64,000 bases of DNA from Hyalangium minutum (lineage in GTDB: Bacteria > Myxococcota > Myxococcia > Myxococcales > Myxococcaceae): contig NZ_JMCB01000002.1 of assembly GCF_000737315.1 (NCBI RefSeq), positions 1-64,000 on the forward strand, in the 5' to 3' direction. The translations under genes were made by a program, and so were the position numbers. Under the pieces are notes generated by a model that saw only the letters and a list, made by a program, of their open reading frames with translations, was not told the DNA's origin and searched no databases. Within the stretch, counting starts at the first letter, position 1. Each line of letters starts with the position of its first letter. Shown one piece after another: positions 46,612 through 55,823 of the stretch.

Positions 46612-46959
46612 CTACTCCGCCTCCGGCTCCGCATCCACTTCGAAGCGGGACACCTCGCTGAAGACCTGGCGCCGGAGGCGGGTGACGTAACCGAACATCC
46701 GGTCCGAGTCCGCTCGCAGGCGCTTCGCCGCATCGCTGGCGGCGTAGCGCTCGACGGCCTCGGTGCTGGCCATCTCGTAGTGGCACACGTAGCGCGCCCA
46801 CCCATCCTCCGCGGCCGCCGTGTCCTTCCACTTGCGGCACGAGAGGAAGCCCGGCTGGCGCAGCACCTCCGGGACGTGGTGCTGCTCGTGCCACTCGTTC
46901 CAGGCGGCCTCGGAGTTCTGAGCCACCTCGATGGTGACGACGTAGAGCGCGGGCTTCAC
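46612..46959 (-). CDS. DUF4286/EthD-like protein
   Basis: AWNEWHEQHHVPEVLRQPGF; GGAGG RBS before GTG 46959. Confidence 0.75.
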   Translation of the reverse strand: MKPALYVVTIEVAQNSEAAWNEWHEQHHVPEVLRQPGFLSCRKWKDTAAAEDGWARYVCHYEMASTEAVERYAASDAAKRLRADSDRMFGYVTRLRRQVFSEVSRFEVDAEPEAE

Positions 46960-48149
46960 TTCGCGCCTCCGGCCCAGGTGCCCCAGTCCGAGAGCTGCTG
47001 GGTGAACGTGGGCTTGCGGCTCTTGCCCTCCACGCGCTCCACCGTCTCTCCCAGCGCGCCGAAGCGGGCCTGGTAATGCAGCCCATCCAGCGTGGAGTCC
47101 CACGGCTCCGCGGCGTAGAACTCCGAGCGGAGCTGCTGCGCACCGTCGGACTTCTCGGACGTCTCGAAGATGAGCGAGGGGACCTTGCGGCCCTTCACGT
47201 CCAGGGTGCCGCGGCGGTTCGGGGAACCCGTGTACCGAGGCGTGCGGAGCTGATCGGCCATCCAGGGGGCGAGCGAGTGCAGGAACTCCTCGACGGGCAC
47301 CACCTCGGCATTGGCGAAGCTCGGGCAGGGAGCGCCGCTGGTGGGAGCGGGGCCGACGCTCGTGAGCAGGAAGCCGCGCTCGGCGGCGAGGCAGGTGCGG
47401 TTGACCTCTTCACCGGTGCCCGGGTTCAGGCGGGAGTCGGACCAGGTGCCCGGGCCCAGCGGGTACTGCAGCGAGGGAGCCGTGCCCGTGCTGCCCTCGG
47501 CGCCCTGGCGGAACTCCACGAGGGTGAGCTGGTGGCCGCCGCTCGCGCCGAAGCCGGACAGGGTGGTGCTGGCGGAGAGCAGCCCATTCGTCAGGTACAG
47601 CGGGCCCGGGTTCGAGGCGTAGAGGCGGTTCTCCAGCGGGCCATCCACGGGCCGCTTGTCCTCGGTGTAGCGCTTGGCCTCCCAGGTGCGGCCGCCGGCC
47701 GAGAGCTCCTCGGTGCTCTCGGTGCCTCCGCGGGTCCATTCCAGGGAGCGCGAGGCCTCCGTGCTCATGGGGAAGACGAGCTCCTTCGACAGCGGCAGGC
47801 TCGAGCTGGGCTTGCCCGCCTCATCGCTCGTGGAGAGCTTCAGCCAGACCCAAGGAGCTTGGACGGCGACCACCTCCAACGCCAGCCGCCCGGCGACGCG
47901 CGCCTCGGTCTTCGCGCCGACGTTCGCGCGGTTGGCAGTGAAGGCATACACGACGCGGTCGCCCACGCGGGCGGTGTGCCACGGGGTGGTGCCCGAGGAG
48001 GGAGGCGGCGTGTTCGTCATGGGCTCGGTCTGAGGCGGCTCGGTGGCGGTGCCATCGGGTTGCGTCTGAGAGGACGTGGTGGCGCAGCCGGCGAGAACTC
48101 CGAGCGCCGCGGCGCCCACGAGGGACAGGAACGAGGAGCGGGGATGCAT
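46956..48149 (-). CDS. Myxobacterial hypothetical lipoprotein
   Basis: LAGC lipobox; WHTARVGDRVVYAF. Confidence 0.78.
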   Translation of the reverse strand: MHPRSSFLSLVGAAALGVLAGCATTSSQTQPDGTATEPPQTEPMTNTPPPSSGTTPWHTARVGDRVVYAFTANRANVGAKTEARVAGRLALEVVAVQAPWVWLKLSTSDEAGKPSSSLPLSKELVFPMSTEASRSLEWTRGGTESTEELSAGGRTWEAKRYTEDKRPVDGPLENRLYASNPGPLYLTNGLLSASTTLSGFGASGGHQLTLVEFRQGAEGSTGTAPSLQYPLGPGTWSDSRLNPGTGEEVNRTCLAAERGFLLTSVGPAPTSGAPCPSFANAEVVPVEEFLHSLAPWMADQLRTPRYTGSPNRRGTLDVKGRKVPSLIFETSEKSDGAQQLRSEFYAAEPWDSTLDGLHYQARFGALGETVERVEGKSRKPTFTQQLSDWGTWAGGAK

Positions 48150-48150
48150 C

Positions 48151-48879
48151 TCAGCTTTCCTTGCAGGGGTTGAGGGGAGACATGAAGGTGCGAATGGCCT
48201 CGGGGTCCACGGGGGTCCCCTTGAGATCGAGAGAGTCGAGCGGCGCTTCGGGGTCCGGATCCTCGCCCATCCAGAAGGCCATGCGCAGCTGCGTCTGGCC
48301 TGGGCACTCGAGGAAGAGGACGGAGTTCAGCCCGTGGTCCGTGCTCTTCTGATTCTGGGCGGACAGCTCACCGCGCTGGGTGACGTAGAGCACGCGCCGG
48401 CCATCGGAGAGCGGGACGATGCCTCGGCCGATGATCTCTCCCTGGCCGACATGCACGCCGTTGCGGGTGAGCACCGAGGTGTCGTCGGACTTGCCCTCGA
48501 CGTACTGGCGCAGCTTCTGCTGGTCGGAGGCGGAGGACATCTTGAGGAACATGTAGACGAAGACACGCACCTCCTCCTTGGGGCCGGTGGTGGGGGCGTC
48601 CGGAGAGCGCGTGCTGAGGACGGCCATGTCCATGATGGCGGGCACGCTGAGGGACATGACGGCGAAGTAGCCATCCGGCAGCGTGTCGGCGCCCAGGGTC
48701 TTCTTCACCATGGCGGTGCGCGTGACGGGGTTGGAGAGGTCCGCTGCGTATTCCTCTCCCTTCTTGAACATGAACGAGATGGCCACCACGACGGCCACGA
48801 TGGACAGCAACAGCAGAGCGCCGCAGCCGATGCCGACATACAGCCACGGTGAGCGCTTCTTGGGCGCAGCAGGTTCCAT
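48151..48879 (-). CDS. Hypothetical single-pass membrane protein
   Basis: KKRSPWLYVGIGCGALLLLSIVAVVVAISF anchor; GGAG upstream. Confidence 0.78.
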   Translation of the reverse strand: MEPAAPKKRSPWLYVGIGCGALLLLSIVAVVVAISFMFKKGEEYAADLSNPVTRTAMVKKTLGADTLPDGYFAVMSLSVPAIMDMAVLSTRSPDAPTTGPKEEVRVFVYMFLKMSSASDQQKLRQYVEGKSDDTSVLTRNGVHVGQGEIIGRGIVPLSDGRRVLYVTQRGELSAQNQKSTDHGLNSVLFLECPGQTQLRMAFWMGEDPDPEAPLDSLDLKGTPVDPEAIRTFMSPLNPCKES

Positions 48880-48946
48880 GGTGTCCTCCCCTCGGGCGAC
48901 TTGATACACCGAGGAGCGCCGAAGATCCCCAATTCCTGGAGGCCTC

Positions 48947-50935
48947 ATGCCCGCAGCCCTGCCGATTCGTCGTGTTGTCCTCTACAAGCACGGGGTGGGT
49001 TACTTCGAGCGCAAGGGCCAGGTGAACGGCTCCGAGGCCCTGCACCTGGACTTCAAGGCGCGCGAGATGAACGACGTGCTGAAGTCGATGACGGTGCTGG
49101 ACCTTTCGGGTGGCACGGTATCGGCGGTGAGCTACGACTCGACGAAGCCGCTGGAGCAGCTGCTGAAGGAGGCCACCATCCGCATCCCCGAGACCGGCAG
49201 CCTGACGGCGCTGCTGGGGCAAATCAAAGGCGCACGGGTGCGGGCGCGCATCGGCGGCAAGGAGGGGGTGGAGGGCATCATCGTCGGGATGGAGTCGCTG
49301 CCGGTGGTGGAGGGCAAGGCGTCCGTGGTGCGGCCGTTCCTATCGCTGCTGGTGGACGGAGCGCTGCGCACGTTCGACGTGCTGGAGCTGGGGGCGCTGG
49401 AGTTCCTGGATGACGCTGTGCGCAAGGACCTGGAGTTCTACCTGGCGACGGTGCTGTCTTCGTACAAGAAGGACAGCAAGCGGATGTCCATCCTCACGGC
49501 GGGGGAGGGCCAGCGGGAGCTCTTCGTGAGCTACGTGGTGGAGGCGCCGGTATGGAAGACGAGCTACCGGATTCTCCTGGAGGAGAACGAGAAGCCGCTG
49601 CTGCAGGGCTGGGCGCTGGTGGACAACACGGGGGACGAGGACTGGGTGGACGTGGAGCTGGCGCTGATCGCCGGGCTGCCTGTGTCCTTCGTGCATGACT
49701 TGTACAACCCCCGGTACATGAAGCGGCCCATCGTGGAGGTGGTGACGGAGGCGGCCGCCGCGCCCGTCATCCCCGAGGAGGCGCTGGGGGAGATGGACCG
49801 GGCCTCTTTCGGAGGGCTCCAGCAGGAAAAGGAGTACGCGACGCTCGGGGCCCCGGCGATGCAGGCGCCGGCGAGGGGTGGGCGGATGAAGGGCGGAATG
49901 GGGATGCGGGAGGCGGCGGAGCGCAGCGTGGAGGTGAAGACGCTGACGAAGGAGGTGGGGGATCTGTTCGAGTACCGGGTGGGTCATCCGGTGACGGTGC
50001 ACCGCAACCAGAGCGCGCTGGTGCCCATCCTGCAGCGGCCGTTCGAGGGGCGCCGGGTGCTGCTCTACAACCGGTCCACGCGCGAGAAGAACCCCATGGC
50101 GTGTATCGAGTTCACGAACACGACGGGGCTGACGCTGGAGGGCGGGCCGGTGACGGTGTTGGAGGCGGAAACGTACGTGGGCGAGGCGATGCTCGACACG
50201 ATGAAGCCGGACGACAAGCGCTTCGTGCCGTACGCGGTGGAGCTGAGCTGTGTCGTGACGCCGGTGGACTCGACGGAGAACGGGCCGGTGTTCCGGGTGG
50301 TGGTGGACCGGGGAGTGATGGTGGTGGAGCACTACCTGTTCCGGAAGATGACGTACACGGTGCGGAACAAGGGGAAGCGGCCGGCCACGCTCTACCTGGA
50401 GCACCCGCGCCTGGGGGGAGGGGAGCTGAAGGACACGCCCGCGCCGGCGGAGACGACGGAGGGCTTCTGGCGCTTCAAGCTGGAGCTGGCGCCGGGGGCG
50501 AGCGTGGAGCTCCCGGTGACGGAGCGCACGCGGGGGACGGAGCAGTACCACCTGAGCTCCATCCAGAGCGAGCACGTGATGCTCTTCGTGAAGAAGCGCT
50601 ACGTGGACACGAAGCTGGCGGAGGCGCTGAGGGAGATCCTCGCGCTGAAGGATCGGGTGGCGAAGCTGACGCAGGAGGAGCAGCAGCTGACGAACGAGCG
50701 GACGGAGCTCTTCAAGGACCAGGAGCGCATCCGGTCGAACATCGAGTCACTCAAGAGCGGAGCCACGCAGCGGGAGCTGGCCGAGCGCTTCGTGTCGAAG
50801 CTGAGCGAGCAGGAGAACCGGCTGGACGCTATCGGTGCCGCGCTAGAGAGACTCACCCGGGAGCGCAAGGCAGCCAACGAGGAGATCGTCCGCCGCATCC
50901 AGTCGCTGAGCTACTCAGCGGACGCGGAGGCGTAG
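48947..50935 (+). CDS. DUF4139/DUF4140-type protein with C-terminal coiled coil
   Basis: IRRVVLYKHGVGYFER, WKTSYRI, LQGWALVDNT..EDW..VEL..I.G.P. Confidence 0.8.
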   Translation: MPAALPIRRVVLYKHGVGYFERKGQVNGSEALHLDFKAREMNDVLKSMTVLDLSGGTVSAVSYDSTKPLEQLLKEATIRIPETGSLTALLGQIKGARVRARIGGKEGVEGIIVGMESLPVVEGKASVVRPFLSLLVDGALRTFDVLELGALEFLDDAVRKDLEFYLATVLSSYKKDSKRMSILTAGEGQRELFVSYVVEAPVWKTSYRILLEENEKPLLQGWALVDNTGDEDWVDVELALIAGLPVSFVHDLYNPRYMKRPIVEVVTEAAAAPVIPEEALGEMDRASFGGLQQEKEYATLGAPAMQAPARGGRMKGGMGMREAAERSVEVKTLTKEVGDLFEYRVGHPVTVHRNQSALVPILQRPFEGRRVLLYNRSTREKNPMACIEFTNTTGLTLEGGPVTVLEAETYVGEAMLDTMKPDDKRFVPYAVELSCVVTPVDSTENGPVFRVVVDRGVMVVEHYLFRKMTYTVRNKGKRPATLYLEHPRLGGGELKDTPAPAETTEGFWRFKLELAPGASVELPVTERTRGTEQYHLSSIQSEHVMLFVKKRYVDTKLAEALREILALKDRVAKLTQEEQQLTNERTELFKDQERIRSNIESLKSGATQRELAERFVSKLSEQENRLDAIGAALERLTRERKAANEEIVRRIQSLSYSADAEA

Positions 50936-50999
50936 AGCCCGGGGAACCTGGCAGCCAGTTGGAGGGGCCTGCCCAGGGTGGTAGGTTCTCCCTCATCCC

Positions 51000-52532
51000 A
51001 TGACTGCGCTGATGAGCAAGGCTACCCGCGGGCTGTGGACCCTTGCCGGGTTGGTCCTCGCTGCGGGCATCGCTTCCTTTGTCTACCGGCACTCGCCTCC
51101 CGGCGTGGAGCCAGGGCTGCGGCTCGGCGGCTCCTACCTGCAGGTGGCCCTGTCGCCGCTGCTGTTCTTGAGCGCCGGGCTGGCGATTGCGCTGGGCGTG
51201 GGCGCGCGACTCGTCACGTCCTTTGCGCACAAGGCGCCTCCGCCCATGGCGAAGCGGCCTGCCTTGTCTCCGCTGGAGGTGGTGAACGAGGACGTGGCCA
51301 TTGTCGTGCGCGAGATGCTGGTGGAGCTGGGCCGGTACCTGCGCAGCATCGTCACCCAGCCCGAGCCGGACATCATCGTCTTCATGGACTCGCTGATGGA
51401 TGGGGCCATCCGCGTCGGTGCCAGTGACGTCCACATCCACCCGCTCGAGTCGGGTACGCGCATCGCCTTCCGCGTCCACGGTGTGCTGGAGGAGGTCATC
51501 ACCATCCCCCGCGAGCACCACCCGCGCCTCATCAACCGCATCAAGGTGCTGGCGAAGCTCACCCTCTACAAGCTCGACAAGCCGCAGGACGGACATTTCC
51601 CGCTCTCCACCCATGAGGGCCCCGCCGACGTCCGCGTCTCGATTCTCCCCACCAACCACGGCGAGGCCGTGGCGCTGCGCATCGCTCGCACGGGCGTGAA
51701 GCTGCCGCAGCTCACGGCGCTCGGGTTCCCGCCTGTGCTGCAGGAGCGCTACCAGCGCATCCTCGGGCTGCCCCAGGGCGTCATCTTCGTCGCGGGCGCC
51801 ACGGGCAGCGGTAAGACGACGTCGCTGTATGCCTCGCTGGGCTTCATCAAGGAGTCCCGCGGCGAGCTGACGCGCATCGCGACCATCGAGGACCCTGTCG
51901 AGTTCGACGTGCCCCTCTTCGCGCAGACGCAGGTCAACGCCGAGCAGGGCTTCACGTTCGCGCAGGGTCTGCGCTCGGTGCTGCGCCAGGACCCGAACGT
52001 CATCATGGTGGGCGAGATCCGCGATCCGGAGACGGCGCGCACGGCCATTCAGGCGGGCCTGAGCGGTCACTTGATCGTCACCACCATCCACGCGAACTCG
52101 GCCTCGGGCGTGTTCAACCGGCTCATCGAGATGGGCGCGGAGCCGTTCCTCCTGGCATCTGCCACGGTGGCCACCATCTCGCAGCGCCTGGTGCGCGCAC
52201 TGTGCCCGCACTGCCGCACGCCGTCGCCCATCAGTCCCGAAGAGGTCATCCGCTTGGACTCGGCGGGACTGGCGGGGGGCACGTTCTACAGCCCAGTGGG
52301 CTGCCAGCGCTGCGGCGGTAGCGGGTACCTGGGCCGCACGGCCATCTACGAGATGCTGGTGGTGACACCGGCCATCCGCGATGCCATCAACGCCAAGCTG
52401 CCTTCGCCTCAGCTGCAGGAGATCGCGATGAAGGAAGGGATGGTGCCGCTGCTGGCGGCGGGGGTGGAGCGGGCGCGCGCCGGGGCGACGACGCTGCGTG
52501 AGGTGTTCCGAGTCGTCGGCGGTGGAGCCTGA
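51000..52532 (+). CDS. GspE/PulE family secretion ATPase with two N-terminal hydrophobic helices
   Basis: ASDVHIHP, GATGSGKTT, TIEDPVE, LRQDPNVIMVGEIRD, TTIHAN, CPHC...CQRC. Confidence 0.92.
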   Translation: MTALMSKATRGLWTLAGLVLAAGIASFVYRHSPPGVEPGLRLGGSYLQVALSPLLFLSAGLAIALGVGARLVTSFAHKAPPPMAKRPALSPLEVVNEDVAIVVREMLVELGRYLRSIVTQPEPDIIVFMDSLMDGAIRVGASDVHIHPLESGTRIAFRVHGVLEEVITIPREHHPRLINRIKVLAKLTLYKLDKPQDGHFPLSTHEGPADVRVSILPTNHGEAVALRIARTGVKLPQLTALGFPPVLQERYQRILGLPQGVIFVAGATGSGKTTSLYASLGFIKESRGELTRIATIEDPVEFDVPLFAQTQVNAEQGFTFAQGLRSVLRQDPNVIMVGEIRDPETARTAIQAGLSGHLIVTTIHANSASGVFNRLIEMGAEPFLLASATVATISQRLVRALCPHCRTPSPISPEEVIRLDSAGLAGGTFYSPVGCQRCGGSGYLGRTAIYEMLVVTPAIRDAINAKLPSPQLQEIAMKEGMVPLLAAGVERARAGATTLREVFRVVGGGA

Positions 52533-52549
52533 GGGCGGGGAGAAGTCAC

Positions 52550-53278
52550 GTGAGCAACGCCAAGGATCCCCAGCAGGACGAGATGATGGACGCGCTCATG
52601 GGCCGAGCCCAGGAGACCGAGCACGTCCAGTCGCGCTTCTCCAATCTTCAGGCTCCCGGTCAGTCCCCGAGCGGGCAGCCGGATCAGCCTGGAGCCAGGG
52701 GCTCGGGGACGCCGGTGTCGACGGGAACGGTGTCCGTGCACCAGCCGCTCCGGGACAAGGTGGGCACGTTCCTGCCCTCGACGGAGGGCGGGCTGTGGAA
52801 GGTGGCGGGGGCGCTGCGGCTGGGCGCGGCGGGGTTCGGGCTGATGACAGCGGTGCTGTTCGTGATGCCGGAACTGAAGGGGACGTTCCAGGCGCCGTCG
52901 TCGTTCTCGTCGCCGTCGTCGTCATCGCCGTCCGATTCGGGGAAGCAGCCGACGTACAAGACGATCGCGCCGACACTCGATACGCCGGCGGCGAACCCGG
53001 AGCAGGTCATCACCGAGCAGAGCGCGGCCTTCGATGGCGCGTCGGTCCTGATGATCGAGTCCGAGCAGAGTGGGGTTTCGGTGCGGGTGGACGGCAACGA
53101 CCAGGGGAACACGCCGGTGTCGCTGACGCTGGACTGCCTGCCAGGCAAGCCCATCAAGGTGGAGGTGTCGCGCAAGGGTTACGAGCGCGCGCAGCACCTG
53201 ACGTTCTGCCGCCCGGATACGATGATCAAGCTGTACGCCCGGCTGCGCAAAGTGGAGAAGGCGGGCGGAGCGAAGTAG
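52550..53278 (+). CDS. Single-TM PEGA domain protein
   Basis: TM segment; LMIESEQSGVSVRVDGNDQGNTPVSL...VEVSRKGYE. Confidence 0.85.
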   Translation: MSNAKDPQQDEMMDALMGRAQETEHVQSRFSNLQAPGQSPSGQPDQPGARGSGTPVSTGTVSVHQPLRDKVGTFLPSTEGGLWKVAGALRLGAAGFGLMTAVLFVMPELKGTFQAPSSFSSPSSSSPSDSGKQPTYKTIAPTLDTPAANPEQVITEQSAAFDGASVLMIESEQSGVSVRVDGNDQGNTPVSLTLDCLPGKPIKVEVSRKGYERAQHLTFCRPDTMIKLYARLRKVEKAGGAK

Positions 53279-53284
53279 CGCGGC

Positions 53285-54130
53285 TCAGCGGGAGACGGGG
53301 CTGGGAGGCCAGGACACGGGCCGGTCATTGAACCGGGCGCGGAGTCCATCGAGCGCCTGGAGTCGCACGTCGCGGTTGTACTTCTGGGCGCCGCTGACGG
53401 CTCCGAAGATGGTGCCTGTGTACCAGATCATCTCGAGCGCCCCGAGGAGCACGGCAACACCCACCTGATCGCGGCGGATGGACTCATAGAGGGCGAAGGA
53501 GAACAGGCCGTTCCATCCCAAGGCCGCGAGCCCGGTTAGTGGCTCACCGATGTAGAGGTGCCCGGCGCCCGGGACGATGGAGAGCAGCCCCGCGAGCAGG
53601 GGAGACTTGCGGGGCAGGGAGGGCCAGCTCCGAGCCGCCTGGGTCAGCGGGCCTTTCTCGGGGAGAGAGGAGACAGAGGCAAAGGCGTCCAGAGCCTCTT
53701 CTCCGCGGTCTTCCGCGAGCAGCGCCCAGCCCAGCAGATAGCGAGCACGGTCGGTGTCTGCGGGTGGCTGTGCGTCGTTCCACCGGAGGAAGGAGCGGAG
53801 GGAGAGGATCGCGGCCTGGGAGCGGCCCGAGGCGTAGCGCGCCCAACCGACCTCCAGCTGCGTCCGGGCTCGCCACTCGGGAGAGAGCTCAGCCAGGGAG
53901 AGGAAGTGGGCCTCGGCCGCATCGGGTTGCTCTCCGTGCACATAGGCGCGGCCAATGGCGAGCCGGGCCTCATCCGCCAGGGGAGAGTCCGGGTACAGAT
54001 AGAGGAAGCGTTTGTACTCACCGATGGCGCGGTAGTAGTCGCCCTCGGTGTCGAGAGCGCGGGCGAAGCCCAGCTGCTGCTCCGCGTCGGGCGCTCCTGC
54101 GAGTACGAGGGCCAGAAGGGTCAAGAGCAC
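53285..54130 (-). CDS. Secreted/membrane TPR protein with a TM2-like C-terminal segment
   Basis: TPR helices GDYYRAIGEYKRF; KSPLLAGLLSIVPGAGHLYIG; AGGAG RBS. Confidence 0.82.
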   Translation of the reverse strand: MLLTLLALVLAGAPDAEQQLGFARALDTEGDYYRAIGEYKRFLYLYPDSPLADEARLAIGRAYVHGEQPDAAEAHFLSLAELSPEWRARTQLEVGWARYASGRSQAAILSLRSFLRWNDAQPPADTDRARYLLGWALLAEDRGEEALDAFASVSSLPEKGPLTQAARSWPSLPRKSPLLAGLLSIVPGAGHLYIGEPLTGLAALGWNGLFSFALYESIRRDQVGVAVLLGALEMIWYTGTIFGAVSGAQKYNRDVRLQALDGLRARFNDRPVSWPPSPVSR

Positions 54131-54140
54131 GAATGCTCCT

Positions 54141-54833
54141 CTAACAATTGCTCGTGGGGGGTACCGGCTGAGGATAGAGGAGCTGCATCGGATCCCAGAC
54201 GTATTTGTCGATGGGGATCCAGGTGAAGTGGCTGAGGGCGTGCTTCTCAGTGAAGCGCATGAAGCGCTCGGAGACCATGAGAACTCCCCACATGCCTCGG
54301 GGACGGAACACGTCCTCCCCGTTCCAGGTTCCTGGCTCCAAGGCGAGTCCGTCGATGGCCCCAGGACCGATGGCGCGGCACCAGGTGCACCGCATGGGCT
54401 TGTGGATCAGGATGTGGCTACGGCTCATGTCCAGCGCGGGCTGGCCGTAGGTGGGCAGCACATAGAGATACCGAGGCGGTGGTCCGGGCTTGGGGCCACG
54501 GCGTTTCCGGCGGACCCGCAGAATCTCCACCGGCTGGAAGCCACTGAGCCCCGTCAGGCCCTCGGCCTTGAAGTCTTCAGCAAAGCGCTCGGTTACCAGC
54601 AGTCCACCGCTGGGCTCCTGCATGAGGTCTCCGAAGTCCTTGCCGTAGAGCTCCAACTCACCTTGGAACGGAGGCTCCCAAGTCAGCATCCCCACGGTCT
54701 CTCCGCATTGAGGACAGCGCAGCGCAGGGCCGACATTCGCCTTGCTCGGGCTGAACTCCGTGTCGTGCTGGCCCTCAGTGAGCTTCTTCATGACGAAGAA
54801 GCGCGGTGGGGTTGAAGAAAAGTTAGCAGCCAT
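54141..54833 (-). CDS. Putative immunity protein with two CxxC motifs (resembles the myxobacterial double-CXXCG/Imm families)
   Basis: PRFFV, RCPQCG, RCTWCR, WNGEDVF...VSERF; family resemblance from recall. Confidence 0.65.
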   Translation of the reverse strand: MAANFSSTPPRFFVMKKLTEGQHDTEFSPSKANVGPALRCPQCGETVGMLTWEPPFQGELELYGKDFGDLMQEPSGGLLVTERFAEDFKAEGLTGLSGFQPVEILRVRRKRRGPKPGPPPRYLYVLPTYGQPALDMSRSHILIHKPMRCTWCRAIGPGAIDGLALEPGTWNGEDVFRPRGMWGVLMVSERFMRFTEKHALSHFTWIPIDKYVWDPMQLLYPQPVPPTSNC

Positions 54834-54921
54834 CAGTGAAGATCGTGCGCATCTCTGGCCGACTACAGAATTACTGCAAGAAGATTTCGAACTCCGCAGG
54901 AGTCACTGTCTTGTGGAATCC
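54823..54921 (-). pseudogene. Probable 3' remnant of a polymorphic toxin gene with an internal stop
   Basis: Reads GFHKTVTPAEFEIFLQ*FCSRPEMRTIFTDGC*; the final TAA overlaps the start of the immunity-like gene. Confidence 0.45.
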
Positions 54922-55823
54922 AACAAACTATATGGGCGTGTTTGGTGGATTATTTAGTTCCGCTAGTCTGGATGTTTTGCGAATGCGCTCTGCTTCTTCG
55001 AAATACTTGCTGAGTTGCGTGACCTCGTCTGGGCCGAACGCCTCAGGACGGTCCATTATCCTCCGTCGAAGATCAAAGAACTCGGATTCGGCTGTTCGGT
55101 ATGCTCTGTAATTTTCTTCGGCCCGGAAAGCTTTGCTGATTCCGAGTAAGAGTCCGCTGGTTAAAGTTAAGATTGTCATGAATGCTTTCGCCCAAAGATT
55201 TGCTGGATCGTATTCTTGTACCAAGGCTGCAACTAGGATCGAGGCGCTCACGCTCCAGGTGACCGAATAAACATGAAGTCTCTCGAACAAAGCCGCTTTG
55301 CTTTTCCAAAACACTAGAGTGCCCATGAACCGATCGTAGTGCTGCTGAAGGCGCTCTCGGGAAGGCTCTTTGAAATGAACTGCTTTCTCGAAGCCGGAAC
55401 CACCGGGATGCAATTGTACGCGGCGAAAGAGGCTAATGAAGAGGTGAAGAAATGTACCAGCGGCGCATGCTGCCAGGACAGTCGTTGCGATTTGCCAGAG
55501 GTCCACCAACATTCAACAGCCTCTCCGAAGAAGTATTGTTAGAGAGTGTATCGAAACTGAGGATTCGAAGGGCAAGTCCACTAGGTGCGTGTCGGAGTAC
55601 CGCCAAAATTCGGCTCCTACATACGATCTGTAGCGGTGCGTGTAGATCGCACCACTCATGATGTAGTGGGTCGTCGAGGTTCTCCGACAGGCTCCTAGCG
55701 GGTCTTGTTGCATAGAAAATCACTTTGGGCTTCGTTGCGCTCAAACTTGAGGGTTCCTAATTCGTGCAAGTTGGGTGTGGATTCCATCCTGCGAATGATG
55801 GGACTACTTGCAAGTAGAGCCAC
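54835..55823. mobile_element. Low-GC horizontally acquired segment; no mobility gene seen
   Basis: Hand counts of four 60-bp lines in 55021-55260 give 42-57% GC against roughly 70% in the flanks. Confidence 0.7.
54928..55512 (-). CDS. SLATT/DUF4231-like two-TM effector with an extra N-terminal TM; low GC
   Basis: Two adjacent TM helices (YSVTWSVSASILVAAL; FMTILTLTSGLLLGI) followed by ENYRAYRTAESEF. Confidence 0.65.
   Translation of the reverse strand: MLVDLWQIATTVLAACAAGTFLHLFISLFRRVQLHPGGSGFEKAVHFKEPSRERLQQHYDRFMGTLVFWKSKAALFERLHVYSVTWSVSASILVAALVQEYDPANLWAKAFMTILTLTSGLLLGISKAFRAEENYRAYRTAESEFFDLRRRIMDRPEAFGPDEVTQLSKYFEEAERIRKTSRLAELNNPPNTPI

Noticed and set aside
55505-55545. GTTGAAT (GTTRRRY) directly before the SLATT-like ATG, suggesting an integron cassette
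   Set aside because: No RYYYAAC inverse core or attC-like nested hairpin after the stop, and no integrase in the window.
55433-55822. Short ORFs in the low-GC spacer (e.g. 55433-55744)
   Set aside because: No motifs, conflicting overlaps and no RBS; treated as non-coding or decayed DNA.
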